Positions 1-10,211 of a DNA stretch of 20,000 nt are shown here, one piece after another. Every line of letters begins with the position of its first letter. Position 1 is the stretch's first letter. The notes beneath the pieces are model-generated. The model saw nothing but the letters and a program-made list of their open reading frames with translations, was not told the origin of the DNA and did not search any database. The position numbers were made by a program, and so were the translations under genes. This stretch comes from Malacoraja senta (lineage: Eukaryota): positions 55,556 to 75,555 of the forward strand of contig JAXLNO010000481.1 of assembly GCA_038087875.1 (NCBI GenBank), read 5' to 3'.

Positions 1-37
1 AGTTAAGGCAGGTATGATCACTACTTTAAAAAAATGA

Positions 38-740
38 CTAGACTAAGTGGGACCCGTTGGATCCCTGCCACACAGGAAGCCTGGTCCCCCAACACAACCC
101 GTTGCCCAACGCAATATTCCACCACTCACCCGTTCCCCCAATACAACCCCTCCCACCAACGTAAAATTGCACCCGTCACCTATAGCCCCCAACTACGCAG
201 GCACGGCTCATTTCCCCTCACCCCCCAGCACTCCCCCCCCTCCTCTACACCCTTCCTCTTCTTTCCCCTCTCCTCCTCCCCTCCCCAGTCCCTCCCTCAC
301 TCTCCCTCCCTGTCCTTTCCCCGACCCTCAGTCACTCCCTCCGTAACTCCTCTCCGCTCCCTACCCCCTCCTATCCCTCTATTCCCCACTCCTCACCAGT
401 TTGTGAGTGAGGCGGGACAAGCTGCCGCCGGTGGGGCAGGAAGGGCCGTCGCTATCCTGACCATGGCATTGACTGACAGGAGAAGAGACCAATCTGCGTG
501 GATCCGACTGAAGGAAACAGCGCATGCATGGTTTTTAAGATTTTTAAACCTTGATTACTTTTACAATATACCACCGATTAGAAGGAAACTTGTTGCCCTC
601 GCAGCACAGGAGAACAATGAGTAACCTGGCAAAACATCGTAGCGCTATCGCGTACCGTTTTGGTGCAAATTGAAAAACCCCGCAAACCGGAAGAGCACAA
701 GATCAGAGGTTTATTTATGTATAGAGAGATAGAAGATAGA
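38..740 (-). mobile_element. Non-autonomous Helitron-like element
   Basis: On the minus strand it starts A|TC (740-739) and ends CTAG|T (41-38). A GC-rich hairpin GGGACCC-GTT-GGATCCC (49-65, one mismatch) lies 7 nt from the CTAG. It is inserted between A and T with no TSD. It has an internal C-rich tract (~210-395) and no RepHel ORF. Confidence 0.72.
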
Positions 741-802
741 TTTTACTTCGGAGTCACGTGAGTGACTACGTGAAGAAGACCCGTCAGGGCGCATGCGCGT
801 CA
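741..802 (+). repeat. DIRS left inverted terminal repeat
   Basis: 767-802 is the exact reverse complement (36/36) of 8532-8567. 741-776 is the reverse complement (35/36) of ICR 8298-8333. Confidence 0.93.
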
Positions 803-1320
803 TTACGTCAGACGCATTGGCGCCCGGCAGCAGGAAGACGGAGCTCCTCCTGCAGGTGAGTAGTTTAGAGCTCCACCAAAGTCGGGGAGACTTTGGAGGA
901 GTTAGGAAAGTAGAGAAATTGTTTCTGTGTGTTTTTTCCCCACATACAGGAACAAGGAAAAGGTGCAGGTCTGCTGCCGACAAGGAGAGAGAGAGCTGCG
1001 GGAGCGCAGTCTCTGAAAGGCAGCCTGTCACCTCGGGGGAGTCGCAAGCCGGTAGCGGTGCAGCGACAGAATTGGCAAAGTGCCCAGCCGGGTACACAGC
1101 CAACGCCAGTCGGGCGGTCGGCATAAGCTAAGTATGTCAGGGCTATAGACTCTGCAGAGTCGGGCCACGAGAGTCCCGTCGGGGACAGGATACCGTTCCC
1201 CAGCGTTTATCCAAAAGGAGCAGCTCATACAGGGGCTGCTCCACAGAGACGCTCCAGGGGAGTTGTGCAGGCGGGAAGCCATAGGTAAGGCTCCGCTGGC
1301 AGTGCCTAGTAGAGGCCTGC

Positions 1321-2144
1321 TTGAAAGCACCCTCTTTGCAAGAGGTGAGTGCAGAAGGGCAGATACGCTCTGACCCTGAGTCCGACGACTTCCAAAGGGA
1401 GGGCAGGCAGCTGCCAGAGCTGACACCATGTGCAGCACGGTTTGCCATGTCGTCGGACGCTGGTGAGCCTCTGGGTGAGGAACTTGCCACCAGCATAAAT
1501 TACCAAGTCTCACATCAGCTACAGGAGCTGACAATGGATGAGACAGTAAGGAAGCATGAAGCCCCAATCAACTGTGGACTGTTAAAAGTTCCTGTTGGGA
1601 ACAGGAAGAATTGGGGCAAGATGGGCATACTAATGAAAGCCCAGGAGCATGTGAAGCTCCAGCATATTTTAAAGTTGCTGGCATCTGGTATAACGAGCTT
1701 TGCCAGGATGGTGGATGGAGAGGCCATGACAAATTACAACAAAAGGCGCTATTGTGGAGTGCCCACTTTGAGATCAACTGCCTCCGCAAGACTGCGATTA
1801 GACCAACCATCAATCCTAAATATGCTTCACTCTGCCAGCCTGGCACAGTGCAACCGGCACAGCTGCTTGGTGAGGATTTCGCAAAGCAGGTGAAGGAGCT
1901 GGAGAAGGAGGAGGCTAAGACGGCAGCCACATATCCACCAAAGCGGAAGTATCCCTATAAGCGAGGAGACTGGTCCGGGCAAGGGACGAGTCCAGCTACG
2001 ACGCAGCGCAGTTGGCGTTCGGCGGTAGCAGCGCCAGGGAAGGTGAGATATCCAGTTCGAGGCCGGGGAAAAATGCCAGGTGGTAAGGAGGTAAGAGGGT
2101 CTGGTTCTCATGTAGACAGATCTAATGTGATACAATTAAATGTT
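1321..2144 (+). pseudogene. DIRS ORF1 (gag-like) remnant, frameshifted
   Basis: ORFs 1321-1893 and 1611-2147 join by a frameshift near 1730 to give PINCGLLKVP..N..W ... EINCLRKTAIRPTINPKYASLC ... LLGEDFAKQVKEL, typical of vertebrate DIRS ORF1. The true start is not identifiable. Confidence 0.7.
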
Positions 2145-2241
2145 TAGATACATAGATACATAGAAAATAGGTGCAGGAGTAGGCCATTCGGCCCTTCGAG
2201 CCTGCACCGCCATTCAATATGATCATGGCTGATCATCCAAC

Positions 2242-4497
2242 TCAGTATCCCGTACCTGCCTTCTCTCCATACCCCCTGATCCCCTTAGCCACAAGGGCCA
2301 CATCTAACTCCCTCTTAAATATAGCCAATGAACTGGCCTCAACTACCCTCTGTGGCAGAGAGTTCCAGAGATTCACCACTCTCTGTGTGAAAAAGTTTTT
2401 CCTCATCTCGGTCTTAAAGGATTTCCCCCTTATCCTTAAGCTGTGACCCCTTGTCCTGGACTTCCCCAACATCGGGAACAATCTTCCTGCATCTAGCCTG
2501 TCCAACCCCATAAGAATTTTGTACGTTTCTATAAGATCCCCTCTCAATCTCCTAAATTCTAGTGAGTATAAGCAAAGTCTATCCAGTCTTTCTTCATATG
2601 AAAGTCCTGACATCCCAGGAATCAGTCTGGTGAACCTTCTCTGCACTCCCTCTATGGCTATAATGTCCTTCCTCAGATTTGGAGACCAAAACTGTACGCA
2701 ATACTCCAGGTGTGGTCTCACCAAGACCCTGTACAACTGCAGTAGAACCTCCCTGCTCCTATACTCAAATCCTCTTGCTATGAAGGCCAACATACCATTC
2801 GCTTTCTTCACTGCCTGCTGCACCTGCATGCCTACTTTCAGTGACTGGTGTACCATGACACCGAGGTCTCGCTGCATCTCCCCATATCCTAATCGGCCAC
2901 CATTTAGATAATAGTCTGCCTTCCCGTTTTTGCCACCAAAGTGGATAACCTCACATTTATCCACATTATACTGCATCTGCCAAACATTTGCCCACTCACC
3001 CAGCCTATCCAAGTCACCTTGCAGTCTCCTAGCATCCTCCTCACAGCTAACACTGCCCCTCAGCTTAGTGTCATCCGCAAACTTGGAGATGTTGCTTTCA
3101 ATTCCCTCGTCCAGATCAATAATATAAATTGTAAATAGTTGGGGTCCCAGCACTGAGCCTTGCGGTACCCCACTAGTCACTTCCTGCCATTGTAAAAAGG
3201 ACCCGTTTACTCCTACTCTTTGCTTCCTGTTTGCCAGCCAGTTCTCTATCCACATCAATACTGAACCCCCAATACCGTGTGATTTAAGTTTGTATCCTAA
3301 TCTCTTATGTGGTACCTTGTCAAAAGCCTTCTGAAAGTCCAGATACAACACATCCACTGGTTCACCCCTATCCACTCTACTAGTTACATCCTCGAAAAAT
3401 TCTATAAGATTCGTCAGACACGATTTACCTTTCGTAAATCCATGCTGACTTTGTCCAATGATTTCACCACTTTCCAAATGTGCTGCTATCCCATCTTTAA
3501 TAACTGACTCTAGCAGTTTCCCCACTACCGATGTTAGACTAACTGGTCTGTAATTCCCCGTTTTCTCTCTCCCTCCCTTCTTAAAAAGTGGGGTTACGTT
3601 TGCTACCCTCCAATCCTCAGGAACTACTCCAGAATCTAAAGAGTTTTGAAAAATTATCACTAATGCATCCACTATTTCTGGAGCTACTTCCTTAAATACT
3701 CTGGGATGCAGCCTATCTGGCCCTGGTGATTTATCGGCCTTTAATCCATTCAATTTACCCAACACCACTTCCCGACTAACCTGGATTTCACTCAGTTCCT
3801 CCATCTCCTTTGTCCCGCGGCCCCCTGCTATTTCCGGCAGATTATTTATGTCTTCCTTATTGAAGACGGAACCAAAGTAGTTATTCAATTGGTCCGCCAT
3901 ATCCTTGTTCCCCATGATCACTTCACCTGTTTCTGACTGCAAGGGACCTACATTTGTTTTAACTAATCTCTTTCTCTTCACATATCTATAATAACTTTTG
4001 CAGTCAGTTTTTATGTTCCCTGCCAGTTTCCTTTCATAATCTATTTTCCCTTTCCTAATTAAGCCCTTTGTCCTCCTCTGCTGGTCTCTGAATTTCTCCC
4101 AGTCCTCTGGTATGCTGCTTTTTCTGGCTAATTTGTACGCATCATATTTTGCTTTGATACTATCCCTGATTTCCCTTGTTATCCACGGATGCACTACCTT
4201 CCCTGATTTATTCTTTTGCCAAACTGGGATGAACAATTTTTGTAGTTCATCCATGCAGTCTTTAAATGCCTTCCATTGCATATCCACCGTCAACCCTTTT
4301 AGAACTAATTGCCAGTCAATCTTGGCCAATTCACGTCTCATACCCTCAAAGTTACCTTTCTTTAAGTTCAGAACCGTTGTTTCTGAATTAACAATGTCAC
4401 TCTCCATCCTAATGAAGAACTCAACCATATTATGGTCACTCTTGCCCAAGGGGGCACGCACAACAAATCTGCTAACTAACCCTTCCTCATTACTCAA
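2242..4497 (-). CDS. CR1 ORF2, reverse transcriptase portion (751 aa open)
   Basis: Motifs [63 protein letters not shown] and RTRGHS. Confidence 0.95.
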   Translation of the reverse strand: MSNEEGLVSRFVVRAPLGKSDHNMVEFFIRMESDIVNSETTVLNLKKGNFEGMRRELAKIDWQLVLKGLTVDMQWKAFKDCMDELQKLFIPVWQKNKSGKVVHPWITREIRDSIKAKYDAYKLARKSSIPEDWEKFRDQQRRTKGLIRKGKIDYERKLAGNIKTDCKSYYRYVKRKRLVKTNVGPLQSETGEVIMGNKDMADQLNNYFGSVFNKEDINNLPEIAGGRGTKEMEELSEIQVSREVVLGKLNGLKADKSPGPDRLHPRVFKEVAPEIVDALVIIFQNSLDSGVVPEDWRVANVTPLFKKGGREKTGNYRPVSLTSVVGKLLESVIKDGIAAHLESGEIIGQSQHGFTKGKSCLTNLIEFFEDVTSRVDRGEPVDVLYLDFQKAFDKVPHKRLGYKLKSHGIGGSVLMWIENWLANRKQRVGVNGSFLQWQEVTSGVPQGSVLGPQLFTIYIIDLDEGIESNISKFADDTKLRGSVSCEEDARRLQGDLDRLGEWANVWQMQYNVDKCEVIHFGGKNGKADYYLNGGRLGYGEMQRDLGVMVHQSLKVGMQVQQAVKKANGMLAFIARGFEYRSREVLLQLYRVLVRPHLEYCVQFWSPNLRKDIIAIEGVQRRFTRLIPGMSGLSYEERLDRLCLYSLEFRRLRGDLIETYKILMGLDRLDAGRLFPMLGKSRTRGHSLRIRGKSFKTEMRKNFFTQRVVNLWNSLPQRVVEASSLAIFKRELDVALVAKGIRGYGEKAGTGY

Positions 4498-4548
4498 TAA
4501 CCAGTCTAGAATAGCCCTGCTCTCTCGTTGGTTCCTCTACATGTTGGT

Positions 4549-5205
4549 TTAGATAACTATCCGCATACATTCCAAGAAATCCTCTTCCTCAGCACCCCTG
4601 CCAATTTGATTCACCCAATCTATATGTAGATTGAAGTCACCCATTATAACTGTTTTGCCTTTGTTGCACGCATTTCTAATTTCCTGTTTGATGCCATCCC
4701 CAACTTCACTACTACTGCTAGGTGGCCTGTACACAACACCCACCAGCGTTTTCTGCCCCTTAGTGTTTCGCAGCTGTACCCATACCGATTCCACATCCTC
4801 CAAGCTAATGTCCTTCCTTTCCACTGTGTTAATCTCCTCTCTAACCAGCAACGCTACCCCACCTCCTTTTCCTTTCTCTCTATCTCTCCTGAATATTGAA
4901 TATCCCTGGCTGTTCAGCTCCCAGCCTTGGTCACCCTGGAGCCATGTCTCCGTGATCCCAACTATATCATAATCATTAATTGCTATCTGCACGTTCAACT
5001 CATCCACCTTATTACGAATGCTCCTTGCATTGAGACACAAAGCCTTCAGGCTTGTTTTTACAACGCTCTTACCCCTTATACAATTATGTTGAAAAGTGGC
5101 TCTTTTTGATTTTTGCCCTGGATTTGTCTGCCTGCCACTTTTACTTTTCACCTTGCTACCTATTGCTTCCGCCCGCATTTTACACCCCTCTGTTTCTCTG
5201 CTCAC
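4549..5205 (-). CDS. CR1 ORF2, APE-type endonuclease portion
   Basis: Motifs LNARSI, GITETWL, GGGVALLV, GVVYRPP and IMGDFN. Same frame as the RT ORF (starts 708 nt apart), separated by a ~45 nt out-of-frame patch. SDH lies at the start of the RT ORF. Confidence 0.92.
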   Translation of the reverse strand: MSRETEGCKMRAEAIGSKVKSKSGRQTNPGQKSKRATFQHNCIRGKSVVKTSLKALCLNARSIRNKVDELNVQIAINDYDIVGITETWLQGDQGWELNSQGYSIFRRDREKGKGGGVALLVREEINTVERKDISLEDVESVWVQLRNTKGQKTLVGVVYRPPSSSSEVGDGIKQEIRNACNKGKTVIMGDFNLHIDWVNQIGRGAEEEDFLECMRIVI

Positions 5206-5409
5206 CCATTTAAGAACCCCACCACCTCTTATTCTCTGTTTATTATTGTTTTCTTCTTTCCCCCCTACATGTTGGGTCAGTGCTTTCCTTCTCTGCCTCC
5301 TGCCTCACACACTGTCTAATAGCATTCTCTATTTGAGTCCCTCCCCCCAACCATTCTAGTTTAAAGTCTCCCCAGTAGGCTTTGCAGATCTCCCCGCCAG
5401 GATATCGGT

Positions 5410-7080
5410 TTACCTCAGATATGGTTATACTGAAGGTTATTGAAGGGTATCGAATAAAGCTTAATGCAAATTCTGATTTACCCATGCAACATGTTCCAAA
5501 AAGGAGTTTGCCTTCAGTATCACTGAACAATTGGAAGTTCAGGTGGAACTTGGAAGCTTATGTAGTAAAGGTGTAATTCCTAAGGCAGTTTACCAAAGCC
5601 ATCAGTTTGTGTCCAATATCTTTCCCAGACAAAAAAAAAAAAAAAAAGGATCGGGGGATGCAGAATTATACTGGACCTGAATAGGATTAACCTTTTTGTA
5701 CGGTATAGTCATTTTAAGATGGAAACGTTTGTGAAGGAGATCTTAAAGATGCGGATTCAGTGTCTGTTCATTTGCAGGATAGAAGATTTAAAATTCAGCT
5801 GGATGGGGCAATTATGCCAATACAATGCACTGCCTAATGGTTTGTCTTCAGCTCCTAGAGTGATTACAAAGTTGTTAAAACCTATTCTAGGCATGATGAG
5901 AAGTCAAGGGCATGTGCTCATGGCTTAACTAGATAATATCTTGATTGTAGGACAATCAAAGGAAACAGCTGAAGCATCAGTGGCAGTTGGTAAAAACCAC
6001 GTTTTAACATAAGCTATCCAGAGAAATCTAAATTTATACCTGTGACACAAATTGACTAGTTGGGTTCACAATAGACTTAATCAACATGATTGTGACCTTG
6101 CCCAGGCAAAAAAGGGTAGAGCTAATTAAGAGCTGTATCAAGTTAATTGCTGACACACAGCCTTCAATTAGCCAGGTGACAAGTCTGCTGTGGTAATTGC
6201 TTGCAGCATTTCCAGCAGTTCAATATGGCCACTTTATTATCTACAATTACAAAGATCAAAGGAACAAGCACTGAGGATACATTTGGGTCATTATTAACAG
6301 ACCTATGCTTCTATCAATAGAGGCTGTTGCTGATGTACAATGGGGATTCAGCATGTGTCCACTAGTAGTTCCAAAGTGTTATTGGACCAAGCTTCCATGA
6401 TTTTGCAGACCGATGTCAGAGCACTTGGGTAGGGTGCTACTGATACAAGATCTAGCTGTGGAGACAGATGGACATTGCTTCTGCAAACATGGGGAATTAA
6501 CCAACAGTATTTTATAGATTCAAGGCTTATGGCATTAACCAAACTAGTTTGCATGTGCAGTGCAAAATAGACAACACTACAGCAGTTGTTTATATGAATC
6601 ACATGGGTGGAATCAAATTGTTATCATGTGACAGGTTGGCAAATAAAATTGGACCTGGAGTATGGATATTTGGATTGGAGCTATCTGCCAGGGAAACTTA
6701 ATGTAGTACCAGATGGCAGCTCATGGAAATTCCGTGATAATACAGAGTGGATGTTGAACCAGGATGTGTTCAAGAACATAGTACTTCTATATGGAAGGCC
6801 AAAATATGTTTCATGGGCACCAGATCCAGGGGCAGTGGCAATTGATGCTTTTTCACTAAATTGGGATGATATGTTTGTGTACATTTTCCCACCATTCTGC
6901 CTCATAGCTCGGTGTTTGAGAAAATCAAGCAGGATGCCGCTTCAGGGGTTTTGGTGATACCAAATTGCCCGATTCAACCATGGTTCCCTCTGATGTTACA
7001 GATAGCGATCCAACCTCCTTTTGCTGATTCCAAACAGTAGGAATTTGCTGGACCATCCAGTAACGCGATAAGTTCATCCG
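5410..7080 (+). pseudogene. DIRS RT - RNase H - DAM-like methyltransferase ORF remnant
   Basis: RT: TSDMVILKVIEGYRI, RIILDL, HFKMET, DLKDA, ALPNGLSSAPRVITKLLKP, and YLDD decayed to *LDN (5926-5937). RNase H: ILQTD..ALG*GA, IDNTTAVVYMNHMGG, YLPGKLNV.PD. MTase-like: AIDAFSLNW..YIFPPF. Many stops, frameshifts and deletions. Confidence 0.9.
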
Positions 7081-7119
7081 TTATGTGATCGTATGGATCT
7101 GTTAATTTGCAGGTTTTTA

Positions 7120-8085
7120 AGAATGCCTTACATTGGTCGAGGACTTTCTAGGCCAACGGTGGATATACTCACTGCAGCCTGGAGAAAGAGTACTCAAAAG
7201 CAGTATATGACTTATGTAAAAAATGGGAACAATATGGTGTTCAAAAGAATATTCAATATGATACTGTAGTTATTGAAAATGTGTTAGAGTTTATCTACAC
7301 TTTATTATGATGAGGGTCTTAGCTATACTGCTATCAATACAGCTTTGTCGGCATATCTTGTAATAGGTACACGGACACAAAGTATAGGTTCTCACCCTCT
7401 CATATCTAGGTTGATGAAAGGAATCTTTAATTCCAAACCGCCTAAGCCTAGGTATATGGTAATCTGCGAGGTAAGTGTTGTTCGTACATACTTCGTCATT
7501 GGGTCCCTGTTACGTCTATAACTTTGTTAAAATTAACCATGAAATTGGCTATGCTAATGGCATTGGTGTCAGTACAGAGAGTGCAGACTTTCCAAAAACT
7601 TCAGTTCGAGAGAATGGAAGTGAATACAGATAATGTTCTGTTTTATATTTCTGACCTGTTCAAACAAAGCAGGCTAGGTGTGACAGGATTTAAGATTATG
7701 TTCTCAGCATATCCTACAGCTCAATATTTATGTGTAAGGACACATTTGTTACATTACATTGAAGCCACAAGGGCTTTAAGACAAGAAGAAACAGGATTAT
7801 TTGTCAGTTACAAGAAGCCAACATAAAAGAGTGGCAGTTCAGACTATCTCAAGGTGGTTAAAGCAAGAGTTGGTTCAGGCAGGAATGAACATTTATGTGT
7901 TTACATCTCATTCCACTAGCACAGTAGCAACATCCGCGGCCAGGGCGATGGACGTTCCCATCGACCATATATTAAAAGCCGCAGGTTGGAAAAATGAACT
8001 TGTGTTTCAGCAATACTACCATCGGCCGATTGCTGATGGAGGGCTGTTTGCCAACTCAATATTGAGTGCTGTTGCTATTATTTAA
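7120..8085 (+). pseudogene. DIRS tyrosine recombinase remnant
   Basis: N-terminal AAWRKSTQKQY, then LTMKLAMLMALVSVQRVQT (catalytic R), HSTS in place of HSTR (7909-7920), and ILKAAGW..ELVFQQYY (W and catalytic Y). Frameshifted, e.g. near 7820. Confidence 0.9.
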
Positions 8086-8297
8086 AGTCTGTTTTCAATA
8101 CTGTTTCATTCTGTTTCGTTTGTTGCCCCTACATTAAGAGGGTTTATTGGTTGTTTTATGACCAAAAATAAAACTGTTTTGTTTTTGCATGATATGCAAT
8201 GTCATGTTTACAGCATTATTGATGATACTCAGAGTCAATCGATGCAGTGAGAAGCCGGGATTTTGATCTGCGGCATAAAAATCACAGAGCTTTAAAA

Positions 8298-8409
8298 TCT
8301 TCACGTAGTCACTCACGTGACTTCGAAGTAAAATAGTAAGATTAAACGAGAACTTACCAGTTTGAAGTTTGATCTTTATTTTATGAGGAGTTACGTTGGT
8401 GATTACGTG
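8298..8409. repeat. DIRS internal complementary region (ICR)
   Basis: 8298-8333 is complementary to the 5' terminus 741-776 (35/36). 8332-8409 is complementary to the 3' terminus 8562-8639 (75/78). Together they spell the circle junction CTATTTTACTT on the minus strand. Confidence 0.95.
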
Positions 8410-8531
8410 CCCGCCACGCCCAACCCTCTCTCATAGAAAAAAGGTCATAATGGTAGTTCTCATGTTGATCATCTTAATATGTTACTTCAATGATGGTGTT
8501 GTCTGTGATTTCATACCGCTGCTTTGAAGAT

Positions 8532-8639
8532 TGACGCGCATGCGCCCTGACGGGTCTTCTTCACGTAATCACCAACGTAACTCCTCATAAAATAAAGATC
8601 AAACTTCAAACTGGTAAGTTCTTATTTAATCTTCCTATT
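8532..8639. repeat. DIRS right inverted terminal repeat plus right extension
   Basis: 8532-8567 is an inverted copy of 767-802. 8562-8639 pairs with the ICR. Ends ...CTATT. Confidence 0.93.
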
Positions 8640-8906
8640 AGACAGGATGGCTTTAGAGGGAAATAGCTTTAATGGTTGGAGTGGGCAAGTTAACACTGTT
8701 TCCACGCAGTATCAATCTGATTCCTCTCACTCCAACACATTCCAGGCCCATCTCATTACAGAGTCTATCCTGCCAGCTCCCCCATCCAGTACCCCTCCTG
8801 CCCCCAACTCCAAACACTCTCCACCCACAGGTCCCCCTCCAGACCCACTGCTCGAGTCACCTTCCCCTACTCTTTGTCCATTGTATCATGACCCCTCCAT
8901 CGATAC

Positions 8907-8999
8907 CTGAGCTTGTGTCTGGTTCTGGGACGGTGGACAAATCCTCCTGGGGTTGGGCTGTTGTTTCCTGGGGTTCCCCAGTTGGTACGGAGTGTGGAT
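8907..8999 (-). CDS. Candidate 93-nt internal coding exon (phase 1-1) of an unidentified host gene
   Basis: Acceptor cactttattacag|AT, donor CAG|gtatcg, length a multiple of 3. Encodes (D)PHSVPTGEPQETTAQPQEDLSTVPEPDTSS, homologous to the two 96-nt candidate exons. Confidence 0.62.
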
Positions 9000-9232
9000 C
9001 TGTAATAAAGTGTGGACAGACCAGACAGTGGGTGTAGTGGGGAAGTACACGGCATCGCCAGTCTCTGGTGAGCACAACAGCTGTCCAGCTCTCTCCTGTG
9101 TCATTGCTCTGCTCCCCTCAGCATTACTCATTGCTCTCCATCAGTCTCTCTGCCTTCATTTCATTGCGCCCTCCTCCTCTCCTTCACCTCTTCCCCATCA
9201 TTCTCCTTCCCCCTCTCCAGCGAGCCTGCACT

Positions 9233-9957
9233 TGTTTGAGAGTTTCAAGTTCCTAACCAAAAATATGACCAACAATTTGTCATAGACCAACAACATGGAA
9301 GCAAAGTCCAAAAAACCACAGCAATGTCTCCACTTCCTCAGGAGTCTGAGGAGATTTGCCTTGTCTCCAATGTCTCTTACACACGTCTACAGATGGACCT
9401 TAGGTATCATACTGTGGGGTTGCATCACAGCTTGGTTTGTGAACAGCTCTGCCCAAGAGCGCAATAAATTGCAGAAAGTTGTGGACGCAGCCCAGTGCGT
9501 CACACCGACCGGATATCCCAACATTGACTCCATCTACACAGCACACTACCCGAGGAAAATGGCCAAAATAATCATGGGCCTTTCCCACCCTGGTCATTCC
9601 CTCTTTTCCCCACTCCCATCAGGCCAGAAGTTACAGAAGCCTGAAAGCACGCACCACCAGACTCAGACACGGCTTCTTCCCCTCTGTCATCAGGCTTCTG
9701 CATTGTCCTTCCATTTCCTAGAGCACAGTCCGATTCTCCAACCTACCTCACTACTGACACGTGGCTTTACATTGGAGCTGTTGTGGTACAATGCTGAGCT
9801 ATATTCTGCTCTCTGGTACATTTCTCTTTGTTCAACCTTCTGTACTGGTGTATGGGTTGAATATCTGCATGTTTAGTGTTATCTGATGTGAATGGATTGC
9901 ACGAACACAACAGCTTTCCACTGTAGCTCACCACATGTGACAACAATAAACCTAAAC
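9233..9957 (+). mobile_element. Degenerate Rex1/Babar-type LINE 3' fragment
   Basis: ESFKFL..N.TNNLS, KKPQQCLHFLRSLRRF, GCITAWF.NSSAQERNKLQKVV, SHPGHSLFSPLPSG. Ends with AATAAA and a short tail. Confidence 0.8.
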
Positions 9958-10211
9958 TACCACAACTCATTACCCCTCCCACTGATCTTACATTTCTCAT
10001 TCTTTGCACCATTTTGCCTCCTTGGTGCCCATAACCCCTCAGCTGTTGCTCTGCCCTAGTCTGATCCTCAGAGAAAACCCACCCCTGCTCACAACCCCAA
10101 GTTATAACCCTTCCTTGAAGTCTGCAACCCACCCCACTAACCACTTAAACTCCCTTGCCCATTAAACCCATTTGGAGACACAAGGAACTGCATGAGCTGC
10201 TTTACAAAGAA

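Larger units (their letters stand above)
2145..5409 (-). mobile_element. Young CR1-clade LINE, 5'-truncated within the end of ORF1, inserted antisense into the DIRS element
   Basis: 3' tail of CTATGTAT repeats at 2145-2163, short 3' UTR, full ORF2 region, and ORF1 C-terminus LAGRSAKPTGETLN* at ~5400-5356. Confidence 0.96.
741..8639 (+). mobile_element. DIRS1-type tyrosine-recombinase retrotransposon, full-length structure, coding regions degenerate, interrupted by a CR1
   Basis: Inverted terminal repeats (767-802 vs 8532-8567), an ICR at 8298-8409, and remnants of gag-like, RT, RNase H, DAM-like methyltransferase and tyrosine recombinase coding sequence in canonical order. Begins TTT, ends ATT, no TSD. 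Confidence 0.95.

Noticed and set aside
34..624. 196-aa and 99-aa proline/serine-rich ORFs
   Set aside because: They arise from the C-rich low-complexity interior of the Helitron-like element and contain no recognisable domain.
2519..5109. Plus-strand ORFs within the CR1
   Set aside because: Antisense shadow ORFs of ORF2 with no independent motifs.
5631..5647. A17 tract as the poly-A tail of an insertion
   Set aside because: It lies in the lysine codons of the DIRS RT F.R.KKD motif with continuous homology on both sides, so it is slippage expansion.
6790..8085. Bacterial or phage methyltransferase plus integrase, or an RT-based defence system
   Set aside because: DAM-like MTase and YR are standard DIRS domains, enclosed here by the ITR/ICR in a vertebrate repeat context.
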